DNA of 64,000 bases from an uncultured delta proteobacterium (lineage in GTDB: Bacteria > Desulfobacterota > RBG-13-43-22): NCBI GenBank assembly GCA_963790475.1, contig CAWBOS010000012.1, positions 416,001-480,000 on the forward strand. The letters are read 5' to 3'. The position numbers and the translations under genes are program-made. Below are positions 1 to 10,671 of the stretch, one piece after another; the first letter of the stretch is position 1, and every line of letters begins with the position of its first letter. The notes under the pieces were generated by a model, which had not been told where the DNA came from, did no database searches, and worked only from the letters and a program-made list of their open reading frames with translations.

Positions 1-1371
1 GTGGCCGCCGGCCCTGTCCGCCAACCCGGCCTCTTCGGATTCCTTCAGGCCGACATTGCTGAAGATGTAGCGGGCGCAGAATAAATCGGTGGCCACCGGA
101 TCCAAACCGGCGATGACCAGTCCCTCACGCTCCTTGATGCCCAAGCCGACCCCCGTGTGATCCCTGTTTATAGCTTCCACGGCATCGACAATGTGCATCA
201 TGAAAATATCCTGTTGGACCACGGCGGCGATGATATCGAGCATGGTACCCGTCAGTCCGCCGGTCTTTTTCACCCGGTAGGTCCCATCGGGATTTTTTAA
301 GGGGATACTGGTCTTCGGGTCCAATTCAGGGATCCAGACCTGATGGGGAATGGCGCCTTTCATCCCCGGGATTTTCATCTTGGGTGGGGTGGCATATTCC
401 CAGTTGCAATCGTTTGATCGGGACACTTCCATGGGATAAAGCCCGATTCCCAGATTCTTGATCACATTGGTGAAAAGGGCCTGGGCATGAATCTTTAATT
501 TAGGCAGGTTGATGAGAATGCATCCCGGATAGAGGACCCGATCGCCGGGATCGGTGGGATCGCCTCCGATTATGACCTTATGGAGAATGATCGACTCGAA
601 ATTTTCATGGTCCGGGACCGGGATATCTCTTCCTTTGGACATGTCGTCGCAGATTCGGTTCAGGTCGTAGACCATCAGCTTATCTTGGACCTTCCCTGGA
701 GGCAGATAGGTACCAGCCATGCTTTCTTCCAACCCTTTCATCGGATCATCTCCTCGGGAGGATTCGGAGACCTCGGAAAGGTACTTGCGGACGAAATAGA
801 ATCCAAAGCCGCCGTAAAAATCATCGGACCGGCCTTCAATGGCCGCCTCGGTGGTCACGGGGCGGCCTGTCTTTTTAAGATGCCGAAAGCCGGCGGTAAT
901 TCCTGACATGGCTGTGGCGGCCTCCCCGATACACATCTGATAGTAGCTGATGCCGGCCTTATCGTGGAACCACCTCATCCCAGCGGCGACAAAGGCCCAT
1001 TCCGTGATGGCGGAGCTGCCGGGGCTGGGTCCGAAGGTATAGGGCTCAAAGCTCTCGACAGAAACGATGTTCGGTTTGAAAAGAAGTTTCTGCCCCTTTT
1101 GGAGTCTTTCATTGATTCGGGAAAGGAAGGGGGTTTCCTGCTCCAAGGCCGACAAAGCCCTATCCAGGTTTTCATAGGTATAATTGATCTTGGTTTTGAT
1201 CTCTCCCCAGGCTGCCTTATCGGAATCACGAATGAATTTTTGGAGCAGGAGACCAATCCCACCGTAGGCCTTATCGACATCCATCCGGGCAACGGCCACG
1301 GCTGAGCCTTTGCTGTCTATCTTCCCATCACCTATGGCCGTATGAACCCGGCCGTCGGTTGCTTTATTCAT
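1..1371 (-). CDS. DUF362 domain-containing protein (3' end runs off the window)
   Basis: Not in ORF track; read manually from ATG 1371 with AGGAG upstream: MNKATDGRVH...LLFKPNIVS...IGEAA...LINLPKLKIHAQALFTNVIKNLG, typical DUF362 motifs. Confidence 0.75.
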   Translation of the reverse strand, partial: MNKATDGRVHTAIGDGKIDSKGSAVAVARMDVDKAYGGIGLLLQKFIRDSDKAAWGEIKTKINYTYENLDRALSALEQETPFLSRINERLQKGQKLLFKPNIVSVESFEPYTFGPSPGSSAITEWAFVAAGMRWFHDKAGISYYQMCIGEAATAMSGITAGFRHLKKTGRPVTTEAAIEGRSDDFYGGFGFYFVRKYLSEVSESSRGDDPMKGLEESMAGTYLPPGKVQDKLMVYDLNRICDDMSKGRDIPVPDHENFESIILHKVIIGGDPTDPGDRVLYPGCILINLPKLKIHAQALFTNVIKNLGIGLYPMEVSRSNDCNWEYATPPKMKIPGMKGAIPHQVWIPELDPKTSIPLKNPDGTYRVKKTGGLTGTMLDIIAAVVQQDIFMMHIVDAVEAINRDHTGVGLGIKEREGLVIAGLDPVATDLFCARYIFSNVGLKESEEAGLADRAGGH

Positions 1372-1508
1372 TGGCTCTTCTCCTTTTGAGTTAAGGGTAA
1401 AGGATTCAGATATTTTTGTACCAACGTTTTATTTTACATCTCCGCACGGATTTTAAAAGCTTTTTTTGCGAAAATGGGTATTGGATGACTTTTTGAAGGT
1501 TATCGGAT

Positions 1509-1919
1509 TTATTGTTTCATTCTGCCGCAACTATAGCAATATCCTTTATGCACACAAACAGTGCCCCCGCATTCAGAACAAGCCCATCTTGATTTTTCAT
1601 CGGCAACAAATTTTTTAAGACCAAAATTTTTAATATGCTCAAGATTTTCAATCATGCTCATCCTGTATTTGGTTCGATATCTTTTATCCAAATGTTTTAA
1701 TCGGTCACAGGGAAACCTTTCGCACTCAAAACAAAATAACGATTTTCGTCCTTTGAAAGTTGAACAGTTTTTGATTTTGCATTGAGAGCGAGTAACCGGC
1801 TTATGAAGGTCAATTCCCCGACAACCGGGGCATTTATTTTTTACCCTTAAATGGGCCATGCAAATACCACAATTCATCCCACAGGGCGCAACGAGTGACA
1901 ATTTAGTGGAGGATTTCAT
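1509..1919 (-). CDS. DUF3795 family Cys-rich protein
   Basis: APCGMNCGIC...CPGCR...C..FCFECERFPC pattern plus C-terminal CSECGG..CVH..CYSC. Confidence 0.8.
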   Translation of the reverse strand: MKSSTKLSLVAPCGMNCGICMAHLRVKNKCPGCRGIDLHKPVTRSQCKIKNCSTFKGRKSLFCFECERFPCDRLKHLDKRYRTKYRMSMIENLEHIKNFGLKKFVADEKSRWACSECGGTVCVHKGYCYSCGRMKQ

Positions 1920-2094
1920 AATATTTATCCGACAAAAGCCATCCTATAATAATTTGAGGTTGATGGTGACTTCCATACTGGGAGAATCCACCTGAAATTT
2001 GATACCTTACACTTTATTTTATTGTTTTAATTTCGGGCCCGACCAGACATTTTTCGCTTCGATTAAAAGACCAGGATTGCCTTTTTATAAGCCT

Positions 2095-2637
2095 TTAATC
2101 CTGTCCAATCAATATCTTTTCTCCAGAATAATTTGGCAACTTTCCCCCTTTCTCCTTGGCGATAAGATGAGGAATCAAGCCGCGGTCGGCGATGATCTCC
2201 AGAAGAAAGTCCGGCAGCCGGGACCCTGAGAATTCCATGACTTTCGCCGGTATTCTTATTTTACCCGAAGTAGGATGAATTTCAACAGTATCTCCCTGTT
2301 GCACCTGTTCGTAGACAGCCGCGCACTCCAAAACGGGAATCCCCAGGTTAATAGCGTTTCGAAAAAAGATCCTGGCAAAACTGACGGCCACTATGGCTTT
2401 GATCCCCAGGTCCCGGAGGACGGCGGGGGCCTGTTCCCGGCTTGAGCCGCACCCGAAATTTCGGCCGCCTACAATCACACCTCCCGGATTGACCTTGCCG
2501 GCGAATTCCGGATCGATCGGCTCCATGGCCTTTTCCTTCATTTCTTCCAGGGGCAGAATCAGGTAACGTGCGGGAATAATGATGTCCGTATCGATCCCAT
2601 GGCCAAATTTCCAAATTTTTCCGATTATCACTGACAT
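2095..2637 (-). CDS. leuD: 3-isopropylmalate dehydratase/homoaconitase small subunit (LeuD type 2)
   Basis: [42 protein letters not shown]; start trimmed to ATG 2637 (2646 alternative). Confidence 0.88.
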   Translation of the reverse strand: MSVIIGKIWKFGHGIDTDIIIPARYLILPLEEMKEKAMEPIDPEFAGKVNPGGVIVGGRNFGCGSSREQAPAVLRDLGIKAIVAVSFARIFFRNAINLGIPVLECAAVYEQVQQGDTVEIHPTSGKIRIPAKVMEFSGSRLPDFLLEIIADRGLIPHLIAKEKGGKLPNYSGEKILIGQD

Positions 2638-2653
2638 TTTCCTCATCCTTTCT

Positions 2654-3889
2654 TCATCCCCGAGGGTCTTCAATCCGTCCGGCAATGGCCGATACGGCCA
2701 CAGTCTCGGGTGATGCCAGATAAACTTTGGAATCTTTGTGACCCATTCTGGCTTTAAAATTTCTGTTGTGGGTTCCGACGCAAACCTCGCCCTCCGACAA
2801 CATCCCCTGCCCCCCGAAACAGGCAGAACACCCGGGGTTGCAGACCACGGCCCCGGCTTCAATAAAGATTTGGATAAGCCTTTCCGTAACGGCTTGAATA
2901 AAAATGTCCTGTGAGGCAGGGGTAACCAGAAGGCGGACTTCGGGATGGATCTTCTTCCCTTTGAGTATTTGGGCCGCAATCCGTAAATCCCCGATCCTTC
3001 CGTTAGTGCAAGACCCGATAAAGGCCTGGTCGATCCGGGTTCCCCGGACTTCTTCCACGGGGACGACCTGGTCCACCGACCAGGGGCAGGATATCTGCGG
3101 ACTTAACCGATCCAGGGCAATAGTCATTTGCCGGCAATATTCGGCATCCGGATCGCTCTTGAAAAAAATGCCCTTTCCCTCCCGGGCTCGTGTGAATTTC
3201 AAGGTTACTTCATCAGGTTCAAAGATGCCTGTCTTAGCCCCGGCCTCGATGGCCATGTTGCACATAGTAAGGCGTCCTTCGTTGGGAATACCGGCAACTC
3301 CTCCCCCGGAGAACTGGAGGGCCTGGTAGGCGGCCCCCTCGGCTCCAAGGTCCCCGATCACCTTTAAGATGATATCTTTCGGGTGCAAGTGGTCGGGTAG
3401 TTTGCCCTGGAGTTCGATTCGTATAGTTTCCGGAATTTTTAGCCATATCTCTCCGGTTGCCATAACAGCGGCCCCGTCGGTGGACCCCACACCGGTAGCG
3501 AAGGCTCCAATACCCCCATAGGTGCAGGTGTGTGAATCGGTGCCGATGACCAGATCGCCGGGTAATACAAATTTTTCCACCATTAGCTGATGACAGACGC
3601 CCTGTTGGTCAAACAAGTGCAGGCCGTATTTTCTGGCGAAATCCCGGAGCAGCTTATGTGTTCTGGCCGCATTTTCCGTGGTCGCCGGGATGTAATGGTC
3701 CAGCACAACAGCGATCCGGTCCTTGTCCCAGGGCATCCTTCCCAGGGTTTCAAAGGCCTGAACCGTCAATTCACCCACGGCATCGTTGGTCATCAAAAAC
3801 GACACCCGGGCGTTGACGATTTCTCCGGCCGATAAATCCCGGCTCCCGCCGGCCTGATTAAGAATTTTTTCCAAGATGGTCTTTCCCAT
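2654..3889 (-). CDS. leuC: 3-isopropylmalate dehydratase/homoaconitase large subunit (LeuC type 2)
   Basis: MGKTILEKI start, GTDSHTCTYG, FIGSCTNGR, PGCSAC, HNRNFKARMG, YLASP. Confidence 0.9.
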   Translation of the reverse strand: MGKTILEKILNQAGGSRDLSAGEIVNARVSFLMTNDAVGELTVQAFETLGRMPWDKDRIAVVLDHYIPATTENAARTHKLLRDFARKYGLHLFDQQGVCHQLMVEKFVLPGDLVIGTDSHTCTYGGIGAFATGVGSTDGAAVMATGEIWLKIPETIRIELQGKLPDHLHPKDIILKVIGDLGAEGAAYQALQFSGGGVAGIPNEGRLTMCNMAIEAGAKTGIFEPDEVTLKFTRAREGKGIFFKSDPDAEYCRQMTIALDRLSPQISCPWSVDQVVPVEEVRGTRIDQAFIGSCTNGRIGDLRIAAQILKGKKIHPEVRLLVTPASQDIFIQAVTERLIQIFIEAGAVVCNPGCSACFGGQGMLSEGEVCVGTHNRNFKARMGHKDSKVYLASPETVAVSAIAGRIEDPRG

Positions 3890-3988
3890 GTTCCATAGCC
3901 TCCTGGTTTCATTTTTTTGCCAATCCCGATCTTGCGGACTCCGACAGTGCCGGGACTGAATTTCCTTCGACAATAAGGAAATTTTTTT

Positions 3989-4035
3989 ATTGCGTAAAGT
4001 GATATGTTTTCAATATAATGATGTATAATATGCAA
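3989..4035. promoter_or_regulatory. Tandem LysR (IlvY-type) operator region
   Basis: Two T-N11-A boxes (TTGCGTAAAGTGA 3990-4002; TGTATAATATGCA 4022-4034); minus strand reads TTGCA...ATATCACTTTACGCAAT, similar to the enterobacterial ilvY-ilvC operator region as I recall it. Confidence 0.6.
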
Positions 4036-4060
4036 CAACGAAATTTTAAAGGCATTCGAT

Positions 4061-4933
4061 ATGGACCAATATTCATTAAAATTGTTTCTTCATCTGACGG
4101 AAACGCTTCATTTTGGAAAAACCAGTCAGGCCGGTAATATCAGTCCGTCGGCCCTCAGCCGGCAGATACAACGGATGGAAGAAGAGGTGGGGCAAAGGTT
4201 GTTTGAACGGGACAACCGGATAGTGCAGCTTACCCGGGCGGGTCTTCTTTTCCGGGATTACGCTAAAACCGTTCTGGAAAAATGGCAGTCCCTTAGGGAT
4301 GATCTGATGGTGGAAGAAGGGAGCCTGAAAGGGGAAATAAGTCTCTATTGCTCGGTAACGGCCAGCCTGAGCATCCTCCCCGATCTACTGAATGCTTTTC
4401 GAACCGCCTATCCGGCCGTCCATATTCGTTTGCAGACCGGCGATGCCGGCATGGCCATACAAAAAGTGGTAGAAGGGGAGACGGACATCGCCGTGTCCGC
4501 CTTGCCGGAACGTATTCCAAAAGAACTAATGTTCAAGGTCTTGACTGAAACGGCTTTGGTGTTTGTCGCTCCCAAAAATCCCTGGGAATTCTCCGGGTCC
4601 CTTAAGAAGGAAATCCCCTGGAAAAAAATTCCTATAATAATATCTGAGCATGGACTGGCCCGAAAGAGGATTGATGCCTGGTTTAAGAAAAAGGGGATTC
4701 AACCGAATATCTATGCCCAGGTGGCCGGAAATGAGGCCATCCTTTCCATGGTCAGTCTAGGGTGCGGGATCGGGGTCGTCCCACGGCTCGTTTTTGAAAA
4801 CAGCCCCTTACAAAAAAATATTTCCATTCTTGATATCAAACCGGAACTGACTCCTTATGCCGTTGGTATCTGTATCCGGAAAAGAAAAATAAACTCCCGG
4901 CTGGTCCGAGCCTTTTGGGAGGTCAGGGATTAA
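4061..4933 (+). CDS. ilvY: LysR-family transcriptional activator, IlvY-like
   Basis: LKLFLHL..TLHFGKTS..SPSALSRQIQR; SLYCSVTAS.S.LP; IYAQVAGNEAI.SMVSLGCGIG. Confidence 0.8.
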   Translation: MDQYSLKLFLHLTETLHFGKTSQAGNISPSALSRQIQRMEEEVGQRLFERDNRIVQLTRAGLLFRDYAKTVLEKWQSLRDDLMVEEGSLKGEISLYCSVTASLSILPDLLNAFRTAYPAVHIRLQTGDAGMAIQKVVEGETDIAVSALPERIPKELMFKVLTETALVFVAPKNPWEFSGSLKKEIPWKKIPIIISEHGLARKRIDAWFKKKGIQPNIYAQVAGNEAILSMVSLGCGIGVVPRLVFENSPLQKNISILDIKPELTPYAVGICIRKRKINSRLVRAFWEVRD

Positions 4934-5235
4934 AACAAGTTTTCTGCCAAAAAACTTTTACATGAAATCAGTCAACTCTACCTCCAACAAGCCCATAGCT
5001 CCTCACGACCCACACCGGTAACAGCCAGTTCTTTCCCTCACCTCGGAAGCTTGTATTCGATGTGCCAGTTATCATGAGTTGGCCCTGAAGATAAAAAAGA
5101 GGCCTTTGGATAGGGGTTGTTCTAAGGAAAAACAAAAGGAATGCGTTACTGAAGAATGCCAAAATTAACTGAGGCTAAAAGCCTATGGTTTTGGGAGGGC
5201 TTTGGAAAAAATCTAGAAAGTTGGAAGTGGTTGAT

Positions 5236-6573
5236 CTAAGAGTATTCTCTTGTCCTGCCATAAGCCGAAATTCCCCGCAGAGGCTGTGGAGGTCTAGCGA
5301 AGAAAACAGCCACAATTGCCGACAGGCTGGTTATCCCAAAGATAGTGAAGGCGATTCGGTAATCGTGGGTAGCGTCAAAAATAAGACCGGCAATGGTCGG
5401 GCCGAAAGCAGCCCCCAGTTGGGTAAACAATCCGGAAAAACCGATTATCCTGCCGAAGGAAACCATGCCGAAACAATCGCCGACCAGAAGAGACTGCATC
5501 ATAACGATTCCGCCCATAGTCAGACCGAAGGCAAAGGTACCCAGGTAAAGAACCGCCACCTGGTGGAATCGGGCCATAAAAAGAACGGCTATCCCCTGGA
5601 TTAAAAAACAAAATATCGCCACAAACCGCTTATCAAAGCGGTCGGCGATAGATCCAAGAAATAGACGACTGATAATACTGGCCCCGGTCGTAACACTCAC
5701 CGCCTTGGCCGCCCCGGCTACACCCAGGGTCAGACTTAAGAAAGAGACCTGGTGCACGAGAAAGGCGAGCTGGCCGGTCATGGCCAGCAAAAAACCTATG
5801 ACAATGGCCCAGAAGGCGGTGGTGTGCATCGCTTCAACCCGTGTCCAGACACGCATCTGGGGACCAAAGGAGATCCGTCTGCCTGATGAGTCAACGGATA
5901 AGGGAACCTTCTGCCGGCCATCGGGGAATTGGCCCACATCTGCCGGATGTTGTTTTATAAGGAATGAAGCGATTGGTATGATCACCAGGCAAAACAGCCC
6001 CCCCAGGGTGGGTAATGCCGTCCGGAGACCCCAATGGGAGATCAGGTAAACGGTAAAAGGCACCATGATCATTCCCCCCAGGCTTAATCCACTCATGGTC
6101 AATCCCATAGCCAACCCTCTCTTCGAGACAAACCAATTGGCGATTAAGGTGGTAATTGTCATCGGGGACGCACAACTGGTTCCCACAGCCAGGAACAGGT
6201 AGACCGCATACAATTGCCAGAGTTGGGTTATACGGCTCAAGAGAAAGAACCCAATTCCGGTAATAATAGAACCCAGAATAAGAAGAGGTTTGGAGCCGAA
6301 CCGATCAATGGCCTGCCCAACCACCATACCCAAGACCCCGGAGACGGCAAAATACATAGTAAGTGCGGTTGAGATAGTGCCTTTGGACCATCCGTAATGG
6401 ATCCTCAGGGGGTCTAAGATAGCACCGTGGCTGTAAAAACCAATGCCGCAGGAAAAAACCAGGGTAATTGTACTCCCTAAAACGATCCACCAACCGTAAA
6501 AAACGCGTCGGGGCATAGGAGGGGTTGGTCCTACCGGCGGAGTGGAAGATGAATTTTTATCAGATTCAGACAT
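5236..6573 (-). CDS. MFS transporter (OFA/MCT-like)
   Basis: YGWWIV start, about 12 hydrophobic segments, G..IDRFGSK and G..ADRFDKR MFS motif A. Confidence 0.85.
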   Translation of the reverse strand: MSESDKNSSSTPPVGPTPPMPRRVFYGWWIVLGSTITLVFSCGIGFYSHGAILDPLRIHYGWSKGTISTALTMYFAVSGVLGMVVGQAIDRFGSKPLLILGSIITGIGFFLLSRITQLWQLYAVYLFLAVGTSCASPMTITTLIANWFVSKRGLAMGLTMSGLSLGGMIMVPFTVYLISHWGLRTALPTLGGLFCLVIIPIASFLIKQHPADVGQFPDGRQKVPLSVDSSGRRISFGPQMRVWTRVEAMHTTAFWAIVIGFLLAMTGQLAFLVHQVSFLSLTLGVAGAAKAVSVTTGASIISRLFLGSIADRFDKRFVAIFCFLIQGIAVLFMARFHQVAVLYLGTFAFGLTMGGIVMMQSLLVGDCFGMVSFGRIIGFSGLFTQLGAAFGPTIAGLIFDATHDYRIAFTIFGITSLSAIVAVFFARPPQPLRGISAYGRTREYS

Positions 6574-6864
6574 GCGCTTTTTTCATTAATAAAATAATTA
6601 CTTAGGATGGCCTCGCCTCTAATTTTTTCTAAGATGGGAGGCAGGCCCTGCTGTCAAATCACCTAAAAGTTTGGACCGGTTTTTCGACCAAAAGAGGGTT
6701 TCAGATAATTCTAAAGAAAAAAATCTTGCCGGACTTTTAGTGGGATTTATCGAATATGGTGAGGACTTTTTTCTGCGTGATTGCCCTTTATTATCTTCGA
6801 ACCTTTATAATATACATTGTTTCCGGAAAAAAACAAGGAGTTCTTTAAGAAGGATTAATTTCGA

Positions 6865-7048
6865 TCACCTTATTCCCTTGACCGGATTTAGTTTTCCGCT
6901 CTCGAGGTCAACAAACCTCCTGCGCACAACCCAGCGCGGATCTTTCCGGGGAGAATCTTCAAGACGAGCGTAAACCAAAAGATTGGTGTCGATGGCGATC
7001 GTCCCCGTCCCTCATAACTCTTTCCCGAATTTGGTCCCAGGAGGCCTC
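6865..7048 (-). pseudogene. Decayed vapBC toxin-antitoxin remnant
   Basis: Minus strand gives EASWDQIRE..YEGRG (antitoxin end, 1-nt gap) then (ACG)IAIDTNLLVYARLEDSP (PIN N-terminus). Confidence 0.6.
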
Positions 7049-7356
7049 CGAACGGTTATTCAGTTACCCGCGTAAGCCTTGGAGAAGTTCTTCTTTTATG
7101 AATAGCATAATTTATAATTAATTAATTTATAAAGAAGTTTGAGACTGAAGACTATTTTTTGCCACCGCCTGACCTGTTCCCTTTTCTCCAATATCCGATC
7201 TAAGAAAATAAATAAAAATCACTGAGAAAAGGCTATCCCCAGGAATCAGGAACTGGGACTTAAGAGGCTATCACCTTTCAATATTATAAGAACTTTTTTT
7301 TTAAAAAACCTTTGACATGGGGCAAAAAATACGATAAGAAGGCTTTTGTTTATGTT

Positions 7357-7374
7357 GTGTGAAAAAAGTCATAA
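7357..7374. promoter_or_regulatory. Putative Rex operator upstream of atp operon
   Basis: GTGTGAAAAAAGTCATAA matches TTGTGAAWWWWTTCACAA at 15/18; lies downstream of TTGACA 7312-7317. Confidence 0.5.
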
Positions 7375-7442
7375 ACCTCATAAACACTTCTTTTATTACT
7401 TCCGGATTAATCTTTTTTTAACTATGCAGGGAGGGCAAAAAA

Positions 7443-7865
7443 ATGATTCCTGATCAATCCCTTTTCTATCAAATCATTAACGTTCTTTTATTAATACTTA
7501 TTTTAAATACCTTTCTGTATAAGCCGATTAGAACCATCTTGAAACAACGGGCGGAAAAGGTGGGCGGTCTGACTTCAGAGGCCCAGAAAGCCCATTCCGA
7601 AATGATTCAAAAGGAACAGGACTACCAAGCCCGGTTGCAACAGGCCCGGAAAGAGGGCTTTGAGCAAAAAAATCTCTTTAAATTAGAAGGCCAGGAAGAA
7701 GAAAAAAGACTTCTCCAACAAGCTAACCTGAAGATTGAAGCCGAACTGACCCAGAATCGGCAAAAGATCGCCCTGCAGGTTGAAGAAGCCCGGGAAAAAC
7801 TCTCCGGTGAAGTAGCCTCCTTCTCTCAGGAAATAGCCCAAAAGATCTTAGGGAGGACGATTTAA
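7443..7865 (+). CDS. atpF: ATP synthase F0 subunit b'
   Basis: N-terminal TM, LYKPI..IL..R motif, coiled coil, first gene of atp operon; GGAGGG RBS. Confidence 0.85.
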   Translation: MIPDQSLFYQIINVLLLILILNTFLYKPIRTILKQRAEKVGGLTSEAQKAHSEMIQKEQDYQARLQQARKEGFEQKNLFKLEGQEEEKRLLQQANLKIEAELTQNRQKIALQVEEAREKLSGEVASFSQEIAQKILGRTI

Positions 7866-8528
7866 ATGTCCCATCTTCGTTTTTCATCCTCAGAAAGAAA
7901 AGCCTTTTTTCACGGCCTGGCAAAATACCTTGTATCTTACCTTCCTTTGATTGCTGTCCTGGTTCTTTATGGGGGGCTGGTCTATGCCGCTTCGGGGGGG
8001 GAAGGCGGGGCCGCCGGACATGAAGCCGCAGCTCACGGCGGGGAAACTCCGGAAAGAATATGGGAACTTATATACCGGTCGATCAATTTTATCATCTTTT
8101 TCGGGATCCTTTTTTTCCTGCTCAGAAAACCCTTGAAACAAGTATTGGCCGACCGGCGGGATTCCATCCAGAAAGAACTGCAGGATTTGGAAGCCAAAAA
8201 AGAAGAGGCCACCCGGGAATTTCAGGCCCTGGAAAATCGGATTTCCAATATCAAAGAAGAACGTTCGGCCATCCTGGCCGAATATAAAGTCGAAGCGGAA
8301 AAAGAAAAACAGAAGATCATAGAGAACGCCCAAAAAACAGCCACCCGGATCATCGATCAATCCCAACTAACCATCCAGCAGGAAATGCGGAAGGCCAATC
8401 AGGCCTTGCGGCAGGAAATGTCCGATATGGCCGTCCGAATGGCTGAAGAGCTATTGAAGAAGAATATCACCGAGAACGACCAAAAGGTCCTGATCGGTGA
8501 ATACTTAGCAAAGGTGGTGACCCATTAA
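7866..8528 (+). CDS. atpF: ATP synthase F0 subunit b
   Basis: INFIIFFGILFFLLRKPL...RR motif, N-terminal extension, precedes delta. Confidence 0.85.
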   Translation: MSHLRFSSSERKAFFHGLAKYLVSYLPLIAVLVLYGGLVYAASGGEGGAAGHEAAAHGGETPERIWELIYRSINFIIFFGILFFLLRKPLKQVLADRRDSIQKELQDLEAKKEEATREFQALENRISNIKEERSAILAEYKVEAEKEKQKIIENAQKTATRIIDQSQLTIQQEMRKANQALRQEMSDMAVRMAEELLKKNITENDQKVLIGEYLAKVVTH

Positions 8529-9080
8529 TTGAGAAACTTTACTATTTCCCGAAGATACGCCAAGGCCCTTCTGTCCCTGGGAAAAGAAGACGGGAACTAT
8601 CTTAAGTATGGGGAAGAGTTGAAGGCCTTCAGTGATTTGCTGAATAAGGAAACCCAGGCCCGTTATATCCTTCAAAGCCCGATCTATGATTTTACCAGCC
8701 GGAACAAGCTATTGAAGGCTATTCTGGAAAAGACCGGGTTTTCTATAACGGTGAACAATTTTATTCAACTTCTCTTGGTCAAGGGTCGCATTCGTTATGT
8801 GGATGATATCGTGGTCTATTATTCCCAATTGACCGATGAGTTGTCCAACATCAAAAGGGCCGTGGTCACTGCTGCGGTCCATCTTAGCGATGATATTATA
8901 GAAAAAATACAGGCGGCTTTGAAAAAGGTCGTTCAAAAAGAGGTTATGGTTACGGTCAATGAGGACCCTTCCATTATTGGCGGGATTGTCGCCCGGGTAG
9001 GGGATTTGACCCTGGATGGAAGTTTAAAAACTCAACTTAAGAGTTTAACAGAATCCTTAAGAAGGGGTGAGGGTGTCTAA
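8529..9080 (+). CDS. atpH: ATP synthase F1 subunit delta
   Basis: [31 protein letters not shown]; TTG start. Confidence 0.93.
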   Translation: MRNFTISRRYAKALLSLGKEDGNYLKYGEELKAFSDLLNKETQARYILQSPIYDFTSRNKLLKAILEKTGFSITVNNFIQLLLVKGRIRYVDDIVVYYSQLTDELSNIKRAVVTAAVHLSDDIIEKIQAALKKVVQKEVMVTVNEDPSIIGGIVARVGDLTLDGSLKTQLKSLTESLRRGEGV

Positions 9081-9082
9081 GT

Positions 9083-10600
9083 ATGGAAATCAGAGCTGAA
9101 GAGATCAGTCAGGTCATAAGACAGCAGATTCAAGATTTTGATAAAAAAGTGGAACTCAGCGAGACGGGGACCGTGCTTTCCGTCGGCGATGGTATTGCCC
9201 GGGTCTATGGGGTGGAAAAGACCATGGCCATGGAGCTTTTGGAATTTCCCGGAGGGATATACGGCATTGCCCTGAACTTGGAAGAGGACAATGTCGGTTG
9301 TGCCGTCCTTGGGGAAGACTTCCATATTAAAGAAGGAGATGTGGTCAAACGGACCGGCCGAATCGCCGAAGTCCCGGTGGGAGAGGCTGTCCTGGGCCGG
9401 GTCATTGACGCCGTGGGCCAACCCATCGACGGTCTGGGACCGCTCAATGCCAAGGAATTCCGGAAGATCGAGTTGAAGGCCCCCGGGGTTATCGAACGCC
9501 AGCCGGTGAAAGAGCCCATGTACACCGGGTATAAGGCCATTGATGCCATGACCGCCATCGGCCGGGGTCAACGGGAGCTGATCATCGGTGACCGTCAGAT
9601 CGGTAAAACCGCCCTGTGCGTAGACGCCATCATCAATCAGAAAGATTCGGATATTTTTTGCATTTATGTGGCCATCGGCCAGAAGAAATCCACAGTGGCC
9701 CAGGTGGTTGAGGCTTTGCGGCGCAACGGAGTTTTAGAGAAAACCGTGGTGGTTGCCGCCTGTGCCAGTGACCCGGCCCCCATGCAGTATGTCGCTGCCT
9801 TTGCCGGCTGCACCATGGGAGAATATTTCCGGGATTCAGGCCGACATGCCTTGGTGATTTACGATGACCTGTCTAAACAGGCCGTGGCCTATCGGCAGCT
9901 TTCCCTGCTCCTTCGACGTCCTCCCGGACGGGAGGCTTTCCCGGGGGACATTTTTTACAACCATTCCCGTCTGCTGGAAAGGGCGGCCAAGGTTCGGGAT
10001 GACTTGGGAGGAGGCAGTTTGACGGCTTTGCCGATCATTGAAACCCAGGCCGGTGACCTCTCGGCCTACATCCCGACCAATGTTATTTCCATTACCGACG
10101 GGCAGGTTTTTCTGGAACCGAGTCTGTTCTTCTCCGGGGTACGTCCGGCCATCAACGTGGGACTTTCAGTTTCCAGGGTCGGCGGAAATGCCCAGGTCAA
10201 AGCCATGAAGCAAGTGGCCGGGAGCCTGCGTTTAGACCTGGCCCAATACCGGGAACTGGCGGCCTTTGCCCAGTTCGGAAGTGAACTCGATAAATCCACC
10301 CAGGCCCAGTTGAACCGCGGGGTTCGTTTGGTGGAGATCCTGAAACAGCCCCAGTATCAACCCATGCCCATGGAAAAGATGATTATTAGCCTATTTGCCG
10401 GGGCCCGGGGATTTCTGGATGACCTTCCGGTGGAAACCTTGCAGGATTTTGAGCTTCAAATGATCGCCTTTATCGAATCCAAACATCAGGATATTCTTTC
10501 CGAAATCAAAGAAAAGAAGGAAATAAGTCCGGAATTGGAAGAAAAGATGAAAAAGGCCATTGGGGAATTCAAGACCCAATTTCAATCACAACAAAAATAG
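9083..10600 (+). CDS. atpA: ATP synthase F1 subunit alpha
   Basis: [41 protein letters not shown]. Confidence 0.98.
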   Translation: MEIRAEEISQVIRQQIQDFDKKVELSETGTVLSVGDGIARVYGVEKTMAMELLEFPGGIYGIALNLEEDNVGCAVLGEDFHIKEGDVVKRTGRIAEVPVGEAVLGRVIDAVGQPIDGLGPLNAKEFRKIELKAPGVIERQPVKEPMYTGYKAIDAMTAIGRGQRELIIGDRQIGKTALCVDAIINQKDSDIFCIYVAIGQKKSTVAQVVEALRRNGVLEKTVVVAACASDPAPMQYVAAFAGCTMGEYFRDSGRHALVIYDDLSKQAVAYRQLSLLLRRPPGREAFPGDIFYNHSRLLERAAKVRDDLGGGSLTALPIIETQAGDLSAYIPTNVISITDGQVFLEPSLFFSGVRPAINVGLSVSRVGGNAQVKAMKQVAGSLRLDLAQYRELAAFAQFGSELDKSTQAQLNRGVRLVEILKQPQYQPMPMEKMIISLFAGARGFLDDLPVETLQDFELQMIAFIESKHQDILSEIKEKKEISPELEEKMKKAIGEFKTQFQSQQK

Positions 10601-10607
10601 ACCTTCA

Positions 10608-10637
10608 AGCTCATAGCTCAAAGCTGAAAGCTCACAG
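10608..10637. repeat. Heptamer tandem repeat (AGCTsAn)x4
   Basis: AGCTCAT AGCTCAA AGCTGAA AGCTCAC between atpA and atpG. Confidence 0.7.
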
Positions 10638-10671
10638 AAAGCTTTAAATAAATAAATAGAGAGTCATTAGC

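Noticed and set aside
580-1305. ORFs 580-906, 964-1305, 975-1292
   Set aside because: Shadows of the minus-strand DUF362 gene
2638-2979. Long N-terminal extension of leuD in the ORF track
   Set aside because: Overlaps the leuC 3' end; homology starts at MSVIIGK
6671-6973. 100-aa plus-strand ORF
   Set aside because: No RBS or recognisable motif; antisense to the vapC remnant
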